In this document: in pieces, positions 1 through 10,745 of the stretch
How positions within the stretch are numbered: position 1 is the first letter of the stretch
Layout: every line of letters begins with the position of its first letter
NCBI RefSeq assembly: GCF_048593235.1
Contig: NC_133622.1
Span: 12,462,001 to 12,526,000 of the forward strand
Origin: Sminthopsis crassicaudata
Taxonomy: Eukaryota
DNA: 64,000 nt
Direction: 5' to 3'
The notes under the pieces: generated by a model
Told to the model about the DNA's origin: nothing
Databases searched by the model: none
What the model saw: only the letters and a program-made list of their open reading frames with translations
Position numbers and translations under genes: made by a program

Positions 1-800
1 ATTCATTGGGGATTTCTGATAGAAAGTTAGAAAAGGGAGATTGTAGATAAGGAGAAAGGTTAGAGAAGAATGAGTAGATCTGTTAAAAAAAACTATAGAG
101 ACGATAATAGAATCTGTGATCAGATCACTCAGGGAAACAGAGAACCCAGGAAGGAGCCTTGGGAGACAAGTCCAGTGAGTGGACATGACCTGAATTAGAC
201 CCAGCAGAGTAGACAGAGGAGGAGCGGTCAGACAGACAGACAGGAGCTGAACTGAGAGAGAACAATATCACAAAATCCTTGAGAGGAGAGAAAATCCTCT
301 CAAGATCCGAGTTTTTAAAAAGAAAACTGGATCCCAAGAGATCAGAAACAGATTAACTATTTATTATACATTAAAGAATGGAGAGTTTTCAAAGGAAGAA
401 AACTGAATCTCCAAATAAAAAAGTCTACGTTCCCTTGTGATTTCAGCAACTGAAACTTCAGACAGTCATAATTATATACTACAACATATACAGTGGAGAC
501 CTAGAATACCGAGAAGAAGATGTTTGTCAGGGCTAGAAGCTCGCACAGAGGTAGAGAACAACAGGAGCTGGAAAAAAAGGAGCTCTGTCCATTGAGAGAT
601 GATTGGTAACTGAAGAGAGAGCAGTTTCAGATGAATGATGGGGACAGAAGCCAGCCTACAGAGTTAAGACAATGTGAGAGGGAAGGAAGTGGATGCCATG
701 GCAGGTGAGCTCCTCAAGGTGGTTAACTAGGCAAGAAAGGAGAGGCAATCTGATATAGGTCAAGTAAGAGGGTTTTAGGAACACGGGAGACAAGGACGTG
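1..800 (-). mobile_element. LINE-2 (L2) fragment, interrupted at 303-516 by an inverted duplication
   Basis: Purine-rich antisense L2 motifs: GATCACTCAGGGA (123-135), GAGGAGCGGTCAGA, and GAGAGAGCAGTTTCAG...GGGGACAGAAGCCAG (615-655). Colinear with recalled L2 consensus on both sides of the insert. Confidence 0.7.
303..516 (-). repeat. Inverted duplicate of 1477-1690 (214 bp, 8 mismatches, no indels)
   Basis: Manual base-by-base alignment of 303-516 to the reverse complement of 1477-1690 gives 206/214 identity. Confidence 0.95.
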
Positions 801-1099
801 TTTATGGGAAGTGTTTTGGGGCATATTTTGTTCTTCAGAGTTTGCCCTAAACTGGTCTGACCAGAAGACACTCAGTCTTCCTTATCTGCTTTTCATATAT
901 ACCATTAAAGAAGCTGTTAAAGTCGTTGAAGTAGTGAGAAAATAAAAATGAAAATGCTGGAGAAGAAAGGATAGAATTGGTGTGCTGATGTAAGTAATGG
1001 AGTTGAATTTGATAAGAAGGGTCTCTTTTTCATGAGAGACAAGGTTGGCTGCAAGTCTGCTAAACTGAGGACCAGCCAGGCTAATTTTTCTTTCTTACA

Positions 1100-1220
1100 A
1101 GGTAAATGGATTTAAATGACTTGTCCAGGTTCACACAGTGTTAAGTGTCTGAGGTCTGATTTGAACTCAGGGTTTCATGACTTCAAAGCCAGTGCTCTAG
1201 CCACTGCACTATCTAGCCCT
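1100..1220 (-). mobile_element. Marsupial CORE-SINE (WSINE1/Mar-like)
   Basis: Antisense tRNA-derived head (TTTGAACTCAGG, GTGCTCTAGCCACTGCAC) plus core motif TGACTTGTCCAGGTTCACACAG. Confidence 0.75.
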
Positions 1221-3124
1221 AAATTTGGAAAGCTACCACTGGGTTGGCTGAAGGTGTGTGTGGGGGGTGATTTCTTTTGGATCATTGAAAATCCCAAAGA
1301 CCAACTTAAGTTAGGGAAAAATTGAAGTCTGTCTCAAGGGAAGACATATCCAAACAACCCATATTACAGATCCCTCAGATATTGAAGTATAGCTTGAAGA
1401 AAAAAATCTCTAAAGAAAAGTTTGAACCCAGAGGGAAAAACACACATGTCCCCATGGAAGAATGTCCTCTGCGGGGCTTCTCGGTGTTCTAGGTCTCCAC
1501 TGTATATGTTGCAGTATATAATTATGACAGTATGAAGTTTCAGTTGCTGAAATCACAAGGGAACGAAGACTTTTTTATTTGGAGATTCAGTTTTCTTCCT
1601 TTGAAAACTCTCCATTCTTTAATGTATAATAAATAGTTAATATGTCTCTGATCTCTTGGGATCCAGCTTTCTTTTTAAAAACTCGGATCTGTCTCCTTGG
1701 AAAAGTAGGTTTTTAAAACATGAACAAAACGCCAAGCCATGGAACCCTTCTCTGGGTATTTCAATAAGTCCCACAGATGATGTACTGTTGCAATCAGAAA
1801 ATGCAGTGTTTGCCTGAATAGACAACAAGAGAGACATCCAGAAGCTGGAGGAGAAGGGCTGAATACGGTGTGCCAACGGTCGAAAGCAAGCTTACCAGCT
1901 GGAGGACAAATGAGGCACCCGCATGGTTGGCTCCATGAATAAGTCGGTTCTGAATGGGCTGAAAAGCAGCTCAGGCCACCTGAAGCTCCAGGGGAGGTGG
2001 CTAAATCACAGCTAGGCAGATTCTGTTTTGTGTTTGTTTAGGAGCTATAAGAATTCCAGAGCTGTGGGCTTCTGGCTGGTGAAAGGCAGACTGGCAGCCA
2101 AGAGTCTGACAGCCCTCTGGCACCAGTCCCTTGACAGCAGCAGTTCCTTATGAGATGGAGGAGGGGGAAGGGACGGGCCTGCCATCAGTGCATTTGGAAG
2201 CTTTTTCTTGGGGATGGGTAAACAGGGATGGGCTCCTGCTTGGGTTTGCTGGATCTAGTGACTCTGTGTGTTGTGAAATGTTAGACTCCAAAGAGATGAA
2301 TGCCCTAATTAAAATGAGATGCTTCCTTCCTCTATTCCTTAATATAGTTGAAATGTTTTTATGTCTTTAGCTCAAGCTTGTATCTCTATTAAAATACAAA
2401 TTTGCTTGGAAAGTGAGATGCTCCAAACCTTCCGCTTTGCCCATAGTAGGTTTTAATTACCCTTTGTGGAGTCATCAGTCATTTATTCATTCATAATTCA
2501 TTCATCTGGTAAATGGATTCCCGCCTCCACCAGATCCAAGAAGAGAGACAAGAGTTGCCTGAGGGTATAGGTCTGGTTAACAGATGGAAGAAGGGGAAAG
2601 ATGTGAGCACAAAATAGGGAGACGATGGGGTCTTGTGGGAGTATCTTGACCTGCAATTTATCCCAAACTGGTTTGTTTGAATGATACCCAATGTCCCACA
2701 TCTTCTTCCCACATAGAGCACTAAAGAAGCTGTTAAAGGAGTCACCAGGGAATAAGGCTAATGCCATGTAATGATCTATGGATTAAGGAAAGGATTAAAC
2801 TCTCTTAACATATTTCAAATGAAATATAAGTGTTTGACAATCAAACAGAAATCCCAGAATGATAGCCAAACTTAAGAATGAATTCAACTAAGTAGAGAAA
2901 TATATTTAGTATGTTTTAATTTTTGAAATCATTGACAGATGGAGCTAATAAAGCACAATATCCATTACCATCTAAAAGAACAATATATTCAGGGCTCCCT
3001 TTGTGTTTGTGATGGGAGGGGATGCACATAAAAGAATGAGCAGATGTGACATTCTTCCAGGAAGTAGTTGGGAGGCAGAATGGAAGGAGCACACTGAAAT
3101 AAATTCATTTCTTAATTGATAACA

Positions 3125-3330
3125 TATCTTACTTTAAGGTTTGCAAAGTACCTCACAGGTGTTATCTCATTTGATCTTCATTTGATCCCCTTAAGATAGA
3201 TCCTATTATTAGACCCACTTACAGATGAGGAAACTGACACTCACTGGGGTTAAGTGACTTGACTGGGATCAAACTGTTAGTCAGAAGCTGTATTTAATCT
3301 CAGAACTTTTAAATTCCAAGTTCAGGGAGA
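3125..3330 (-). mobile_element. MIR (CORE-SINE)
   Basis: TTACAGATGAGGAAACTGA...GGTTAAGTGACTTG core motif. Confidence 0.75.
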
Positions 3331-3729
3331 GCAGAATTTAGAAAGTGACTGCACAAAGCTAAAGGACATTAAAAAAATAGATCTAAGATCATGATCTACT
3401 TTGGGGAATTTATTATGATCTCAGGCACAAAATTAGATACAATAATAATTAACATTCATATACTATGGCACTTAAACTATGATATAGTCCTACATCATGT
3501 AGTGTCCCTATTTTATAGCTAAGGAAACTGAGGTCATTTAGGGAAACAGTGACCAGTACACCCTAGGTTTTTAATAAATGCTTGTTGACTGAAGTAGTGT
3601 GGTTCTATGGAATTAATTCTGTCTCAGACTCTTACTATATGCCTTTGAGCAGTCCGCTTTGATTTATCATAAGCAAATGGAGTTAGACCAGAAGTTTTCA
3701 AGGGCTCCTCTATCCTAAGCCATGGTAAA

Positions 3730-3890
3730 CTTGGACCTGGCTCCGAATCCGGCCTCTTCGTTATTACCTGTCTGAGGCTGGCAGAAGGTGACGTCATAGC
3801 TCTCTGGACCTCAGTTTTTAATCTGTGAAATGAGAAATTTGGGCTACATGACCTGGGAGACCCTTTCAAAAACTCTTAATCTGTAACTCG
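3730..3890 (+). mobile_element. MIR3-like SINE (core plus CR1-type tail)
   Basis: CTCTCTGGACCTCAGTTTTTAATCTGTGAAATGAG core followed by a GACCCTTTCAAAAACTCTTAATCTGT tail. Confidence 0.55.
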
Positions 3891-4063
3891 ACCACTTGTC
3901 CATGGTCACCACATTAGCAGGTACCAGAGGTTAGGTGGTAAATCTAGGTCTTCCTGACTCTCCTTCCAGTACTCAGTGTCCATGGCACCCTGCAGGATTA
4001 ATGGTGACTTGGCGGGTGAATTTTATGCTGGACTATGACCACAGATATATAGAGTTTTTGACT

Positions 4064-4217
4064 GTCTGTTTGTTTTGTTTTTTTTAGGCCATTGGAGTAA
4101 AGTGACTTGCCTAGGGTCACACAGCTAGGAAGTGTTAAGTGTCTGAGATCAGATTCGAACTCAGGTCCTCCTGACTTCAGGACTGGTGCTCTATCCACTG
4201 CGCCACCTAGCTGCCCT
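4064..4217 (-). mobile_element. Full-length WSINE1-type SINE
   Basis: Reverse complement reads GGGCAGCTAGGTGGCGCAGTGGATAGAGCACCAGTCC...GAGGACCTGAGTTCGAATCTG...CTAGCTGTGTGACCCTAGGCAAGTCAC with an A-rich tail. Pol III A and B boxes present; possible TATATAG target-site duplication. Confidence 0.9.
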
Positions 4218-4547
4218 ATATAGGGAGATTATTATAGAGATAGCATGACATAAATTCTTCCCCATAAAGGAAAATAAGATAACCTCCAAGTTTCAGAACA
4301 AATAACTTCCATTTGCGCAATGTTTTACAAAACTCTATTCGACTTGTTCCTTTTGATGTTCACAACCAGCAGGACAGGAATAATTATCTCCAATTTTCAG
4401 ATGAGGTAACTCTGATTTGCCCAAACTCATCCCACTGGCTAACGGCAGAGCTGATACTTTAAAACAAATACTCTGATTTTAAATGAATGTTTATGACCAT
4501 GGCATCACTTGTATCTCTCTGACCCCATAGCCTGGTTTCTAACATCA

Positions 4548-4561
4548 GTATATATATATAA

Positions 4562-4606
<45 letters not shown>

Positions 4607-4619
4607 TAACTATATATAG
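4548..4619. repeat. (TA)n microsatellite, interrupted
   Basis: Direct reading. Confidence 0.95.
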
Positions 4620-5117
4620 TTAGGAATACATTTGGTGATAAAATTTGGCAAGATACATACATACCAATAAGTAAAAACAATAGTGCTGAAAGACTGAAGC
4701 TGTTCCAGTTCCAGAAATTACATTTAAAATTATAACTCATGGCAAAATGAAAACAAGTTTTTTTTGTTTTTGTTTTTGTCTGTTTTTTTGGCATAGATAT
4801 CTCAACAAATAACCCTCTGATTTTTACCAGTGCAGATACCTTTAACAATGCAAAAGGCACAATTCTTGTCTGTGAACCCAATGAGTAAACTGGATCAACT
4901 ATGAATTAATTTCTTCATAGTGTCTCTTACCAACAGAGCATGTTGGGCTGATCATTGGCCATACTCAACTATGTAACCAGCCCAAGGACCAATCAACACA
5001 AATTTAATAAGCACTAATTATATGCCACACATTGTATTGGGTTCTAAGGTATCAATAAACAATTGCAATAGTCCATACTTCCAAAGGAACTTATTGAACT
5101 GGGGGACAAAATCTACT

Positions 5118-5500
5118 GTATATCTCTCTGTGTATCTTTATGTGTTTGTCTCTACCTCTTTATCTCTATCTCTCCATTATCTTTTCATCTATCTCTCTCT
5201 CTTTCTGTAGCTCTTGATCTCATTTATAATCTATCTCCATTATTTGTCTGTCTCCCTATTATCTATCTTTCTGTCTCCATTTTGATCCCTATCTCAGCAT
5301 GATCCCTCTCACCATTATTAGCTTTCTGTTTCCATATCTTTGTTTCTATCTCTCCATTATCTATCACCTACCTACCCTAAATTTCCATTTCTTCCTTTCT
5401 TTTTTTTTCTTTCTTCCCTTTCTACCTATCATCTCCCTCTTTTTCTTTTAAACCTTTTGATGGATCTTTATTATCTATTTTTCTATCTTTCTGTTTTTAT
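5118..5500. repeat. Degenerate CT/TCTA-rich low-complexity tract
   Basis: Direct reading; pyrimidine-rich with decayed TATC/TCTC units. Confidence 0.8.
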
Positions 5501-5539
5501 TTATTTATAATATCTCTAAATCATTTAGCTGTAACATCA

Positions 5540-5720
5540 TACTCCTAATATGCTTTTAACTAACAAGCTTAGCCCTCCACAGAATTTTCCCAGCCAAACT
5601 TGCAAAATTATTTTTAACTTCAAGTGAAAAACTTTAGCATTTATCTCTAGACAATTTAGCCCTAGGTTCATCCCTTTTCCCCTAGCCTATCACAACCTTA
5701 GATCCTGACTGTGACACAAA
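5540..5720 (-). mobile_element. CR1/L3 LINE fragment
   Basis: AAGTGAAAAACTTTAGCATTTATCTCTA resembles the antisense CR1 RT-region motif (recalled consensus). Confidence 0.5.
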
Positions 5721-5904
5721 GAAGTAGTATTTTCCCACACAATAAGGATAAATGGGTAACATAATTCTAACCACAAGCAAATATATGGTAATTGGAAATT
5801 GAACAAATAAAAAAAACATATAGTCTTTAGTATGATTTAGTGTTTAGCATAGTGCCTAGAACATAGCATGTCCCTAATAAATGTTTATTGATTGACTGAT
5901 ATGG

Positions 5905-6390
5905 CAAGCAACAAGATGAAAACAATCTTGGATTGTAGTAATAGATGAATGAACAGTTTCCAGGAATAAGGTGGTGATAATGCTATTGTACTATATCCTA
6001 GTCAGATTGTCTCTGGAGTACTGTGTTCAATTTTCAGTGATACAGTTAAAGGAAAAGCATTGATAAGCTTGAGAACATTATACGATGGCGACCCCAAAGA
6101 TACACATCTTTACATGAAGAATTAGAAGGAACATCAAATGGAAGGAATAAAATTCTTTAGTTCTAGAGATCAAAAGTAAGGGAAATAGGTGAAAGTTATC
6201 AAATTTAGGCTTAATTTTAGGGAAGAAAAAGAACAACCCAAACCCTTCTTTCTAATTAGAAGTCCAAAAAAGAATGGCTTACTTCAGGAGACAGTGAGTT
6301 TCCTCCTACTAGAAGTTGTCAAGCAGAGGTAGGGTGACCACTCTAGGCCCACTGAGGACTCTTCCCACTCTAAAATTCAGTGATGTTGTG
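5905..6390 (+). mobile_element. CR1/L3 LINE 3' portion
   Basis: CTGGAGTACTGTGTTCAATTTT, GTCAAGCAGAGG...GATGACCAC-like motif, and 3' end CTTCCCACTCTAAAATTCAGTGA. Confidence 0.75.
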
Positions 6391-6851
6391 GATATCGACA
6401 TCTTGATCATGACACCATTCTGCTGCTAATGAGCACAGTACCCCACTCAGTTTCAAACCTGCTGCATAATATTATGAATTAGCATTTTACCATTATCGGG
6501 CAATCAGCCCTTTAAAACAGAATATGTTTATTTGTGTTCCTATAGCTGACAAAACACTAAGAAAAGTACCAAATGGAGGCAAATATCTGAGAATATGGTG
6601 CCCACGAAACCAAGCATCCATATAGATCACAGCCCTGAATGAAATTTGGGCCTCTGAGCCCCTTTTTAACCCAATGTTTTGATGACCTGAAGACATCAAA
6701 GAAGGTCTGACCTGCTTTCTGTTCCTGACCCTGGATGATTTTCCCCACAATCAAATACTTTAAAAATAGTACTTCACTAATTTTATCTTATTTAAACATG
6801 AAACAGTGAAGACACATTCATTATTCATGTGTGTGTCTTTTTTCTGTTCAG

Positions 6852-6913
6852 AAAGTGCTGTTCCAGGAAGAGAACTGGACGAAATTCAAAATATAATGCT
6901 GGAGAAGAAACAA
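6852..6913 (+). CDS. Candidate 62-nt coding exon (unassigned)
   Basis: TCTTTTTTCTGTTCAG acceptor and CAA|GTAAGT donor. Two frames are open (SAVPGRELDEIQNIMLEKKQ or KCCSRKRTGRNSKYNAGEET). No recognisable protein. Confidence 0.2.
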
Positions 6914-7439
6914 GTAAGTTGAAGTAAACAACATTAAGGAAGGGGAAGCAAAGTGACAAATCACAGCAAATAATTGACAATTTATTCCTACCAAGCCAAA
7001 CAGCACAATTCAATTTGCTAAATTATTTTATTTATCTCTGGGCAGCACTATGAATGATCTATCTGTTTTGATGAAAACATAAACACTGTTCAATAGAAAA
7101 CTGCACTGCTTCCAACATGTCAAATCAAGAAGATGTGAATTAAATTGGCTTTGAGTATAGAACATTAAAAGGTAAATGATCAGCCATTAGCTTAAAAAAA
7201 TCTCACTTGAACCAAAGACTTCAATGTTTAGTTTAAGAGGATTTCAACAAATGTGCAAAGTAAAATGAACACTTATTTATTTTTATTTCCAAATTCTAAA
7301 TGATTCAAAAAGTTCAGAGGATCAAGATGGGATAACTTTACCATATTTTATTTCATACTACATATTATACTGTCCTGTTGAAAATTATTGATTCTAGAAT
7401 TAATAATCTACTCATACCCTCAGTCATCTGAGAAATTAT

Positions 7440-8600
7440 TCAACAATTCAAGCTAACAAACACTGTTTAATTCCTTGTTATATGAATGGTATTGTCAAAT
7501 ATAGATTTTTTTACTTCAAAAGACAAAACTCTTGCCTCCAAGAACTTTGTAATTTAGTAAGGAGGGTCAAATACATTGATAACTATAATCTACATTGAAA
7601 TACAATCATGTGACTAGTAGAAGTCCAGTAGAGTAGTCTGAAGGTTTTAAGGATGGAGTCTTCAACTGGTCCTCAAATGAAGGTAAGTTTTGGCTTAGTA
7701 CAGAAAGATAAAATGAATATTATAGACAGGGAAAATTATTAATAAAATATGTTCAAAGGAGTGAGATATTTTTGGGACACAGTTGAAAAAACATATCAGA
7801 TGGAATAGATAGGTTACTTTGCGAAATAATGAGAGATGAAGGAGGGGTGATAACAGAATGTCTGTCCAGCTGATAAATCTTTAATGTCAGAATATTGAAT
7901 TTTGACTTGGTAAGAAGGAATCATTGTAGGTTCTTAATTGGGGGAGAGACATTCAGAAAGATGTATTCTAGAAATAAAAATCTAGCAGTAGCGTGACAAA
8001 AACTTGAATAAAAATTATAATCAGGGTGATTATCTAGGAGGTCATTTGGATTATCATTGTGTTCTTCAGGATCACCACATATATTCTGGATATGGAAGAG
8101 AAGGGATGCCCGAGTGAAATTTTATAGAAATGTAAAACTAACAAAATATGGTACTATACTTCCATAGTGAACAGTAGAAATGTGAAACTAACAAAATATG
8201 GCACTAACTCTTTGGATATCAGTCGTGAACAAAGTGTTAAGAGATTAAGGATTTATATGGTGTTATTTTTTTTATTACAGCTTTTTATTTTTCCAAACAT
8301 ATACATGGATAATTCTGCAACATTAGCCCTTGCAAAACCTTGACTTTCAGTCCCCCCCCTTCTCCCATCTTTCTTCCCTAGATGGCAAGTATTCCATATG
8401 TTAAACATGGTAGAAATATATGTTAAATCCAATATATGCAATCTATGTAGTGTTATTGACAATAATAGACTGACTTTGCAAAAGTAGGCATCCTGTGATG
8501 GAAGATAATGTTGATTCTAATTTTGGACATAATGAATTTGAGGTAATGATAGGATATCCAAAAAGGTATTATATAAGGAATTGAAGTGTTATTTGGTAAG
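7440..8600 (-). mobile_element. L2 fragment interrupted by an L1 3' end
   Basis: Antisense L2 motifs (GAAGGTAAGTTTTGGCTTAG, GAATTTTGACTTGG, AATTTGAGGTAATGATAGGATATCCA). Confidence 0.6.
8257..8447 (-). mobile_element. 5'-truncated marsupial L1 3' UTR
   Basis: Antisense poly-A and signal (TTTTTTTATTACAGCTTTTTATTT), CATGGATAATT, CCCTTGCAAAACC and CCCTAGATGGCAAGTA. Flanked by GTGTTATT-like direct repeats. Confidence 0.85.
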
Positions 8601-8971
8601 ACAAAGTTACAAGTACATAATAGGAAACTCCCAGAGCCAAGTTAAGAGAGATGATTTGAAAATTTTTCAGAAAAAAATATCAAAATCATTTAGTCAGAAC
8701 TCCTCTTTGTGACCCATACAATATATCTATCTATAGTTATAAGCCTTGCACGACTATTTTTTAAAAATATATATTATTGGCTATTTTTAGAGGGATAGAA
8801 AATTAGAAACCAACACTTAGGATTTTACATTCTCAGGCTATGGTGATTTGTTTCCTCATCAAGACCTTTGGATGGATTTAATGAATGAGTTTTGTCTCCC
8901 TTGAAGATAACAGGATGACTACTTGTTGGAGATGCTCTAAAGAGGATTCTTGGTTACAGATGATATAACTG

Positions 8972-9562
8972 TGTTACGGGCCAGAACTCTGAACTTGAAA
9001 CAAAGGATGCTTACAAAGTACTAAGTTGGTGGAATTGATAGAGACAATAATTATCTAATTGAGCATGATTCAGTATGATTGATCTGATCCTACAAGGAGA
9101 GGTTATGGCCCAGAACGTGAAGCAAGATACTGAGTGCCATTGAGGAGACAATGGTTAAATCTAGTTTAGCACTGATTTAATCCTACAACAAATAATGGTT
9201 TCCTAGTAATGTAATAATTGGTGTATGCTCAGTGTGGGGCACATAAGCAAGAAGCTCTCAGGCCCAGGAAGGACAAGCGCACTAGAAGCTCTCAGAGCTT
9301 CAGCCAGGATTCAGTCAGGGAGATTCAGAAGCCAGAGAAGGCAGGCGAGAGCTCAAGCTCTTGGAACCAAGGAGATAGATCTCCAGAAAAACTAATCGAA
9401 ACCCCAAGTAAAGAAGACAAGACTTGGAAAGAGACAATATAGGATTTGGACTTTAATCCTTGGCTGTACTTTCAGGGATTACTGAGCTGAAACAAAGACT
9501 GCCTCCAGAGACCCCAAGAAAACCCCACCAAGAGAATATTACATTTTAGAGACAATATTACA
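8972..9562 (+). mobile_element. Solo ERV LTR (591 bp), inserted in a CR1 3' end
   Basis: TG...CA termini (TGTTAC...ATTACA); 6-bp TSD TAACTG (8966-8971) versus TAACTC (9563-9568); internal U3 duplication; CR1 3' motifs on both flanks. Confidence 0.85.
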
Positions 9563-9749
9563 TAACTCAATATAAAACATATTACGTGATGAATCCACGA
9601 GCAGCTGGATTGGCAAATGGAAGAACACATGGTCTTTGAAATATTATCCAACTCAGAGATTAGGTGATTCTCCATTAGATTCTACTATTTAAAACAACTT
9701 TGGGAAACCCAGTGCTCTATTGGATGGGGCATGACAGTTTTCACACGTA

Positions 9750-10030
9750 ATGTGAATCAAACATTTCTTTAAAAAGTCTACTATGTGCATAAACTATGAT
9801 AAGCACAGGGATACTGAGAAAGGTAAAAGACCTGGTCTCAAGGAGCTTACAGTCTAATGGAGGAGATGACATGAAGACAATTATGTATGACCAACAGGAC
9901 AGAATGGAAATAATCAACAAAGGAAAGGCATTAGAATTAAGAGCTGATTGTGAAAGGCTTCTTGTAGAAAGTAGAATTTTAGCCTGGACTTAAAGGAAGA
10001 AGCCAGGGAAGGGAGGAGGCAAAGATGAGG
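9750..10030 (-). mobile_element. L2 3' end
   Basis: AAGTCTACTATGTGC...GGGATAC...CTCAAGGAGCTTACAGTCTAATGG. Confidence 0.75.
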
Positions 10031-10489
10031 ATTCAGAGATTTAAAATTAACACAAATTTAGATCTGTGGACCTGAATAAGTCACATAACCTGGGGTGGTA
10101 TTAGTTCTCTTATCTATAAAACAGGAATAATAATAGCTGCTATCTACCTCTCTGGAACAGCAGGAGGATAAAATGAGATTATTTATGAAATGCTTCTTGT
10201 CTTTCTTCTCCAATGTTCTTCCCATTGAACTTTGCCATCTTGAACTTCTTACAGAACTGTATGCATACTTACATGGAGATATTTTGATGGTTTGAATGAG
10301 GATTATGATGATGACTTAATGGTATTTGTCTACATATTTAGAGATTGGAAAATTGGATAAAAATTGTGTTTTCTACTTGGGAGGAAGAAAAATGTCTCCT
10401 AGAAATGATAGTGACATTTCGTTTCTAGAAAGATTATTGTTCTTTTAGAGCTATTACCCTATTTTCCTCAGCAAATGAAACTATATTTA

Positions 10490-10745
10490 TGAGATGGGAT
10501 GGTATGGTAGGAAGAAATATAGATGTGAAGTCAGGAAGACCAGGGTTCAGATGCTGTCCTCTACATTTATTAGTTGTATGACTATATAAGTCATTTGCCC
10601 TCATCTGTCAAACAAATATGATGATATTATTTCCCTAAAATTGTTGTTGTAAGGCTAAGATAACATAATATACAAGAAGGCTTCCCAGACCTTAAAATGT
10701 TACATAAATTGCAGCTATTATTATTATTATTAATTACTATTGTTA
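10490..10745 (+). mobile_element. MIR
   Basis: GAAGTCAGGAAGACCAGGGTTCAGAT head, AAGTCATTT core and (TAT)n tail. Confidence 0.7.

Noticed and set aside
2498-2767. Resemblance to the filovirus NP N-terminus (VN.....L.QL...EAG)
   Set aside because: Only a few scattered residues match, and the conserved NP core does not follow in any frame; the downstream sequence is an ATTC microsatellite.
4064-4217. tRNA-like A and B boxes here and at other SINE heads
   Set aside because: They run into CORE sequence and A tails with no acceptor stem, so they are SINEs, not tRNA genes.
4459-4881. 140-aa ORF, and similar long ORFs at 19919-20362, 44392-44663, 45373-45585 and 60246-60638
   Set aside because: These frames stay open because of microsatellites, low complexity or antisense L1 sequence.
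6825-7013. ORF-track entry labelled + (MNCAVWLG...)
   Set aside because: The peptide is encoded on the minus strand (TTGAATTGTGCT starts at 7013; stop at 6827-6825), so the strand label is wrong. The ORF is also unremarkable.
9218-9442. 74-aa ORF, and the 85-aa ORF at 20872-21129
   Set aside because: They lie within or largely overlap solo LTRs and have no gag/pol/env motifs.
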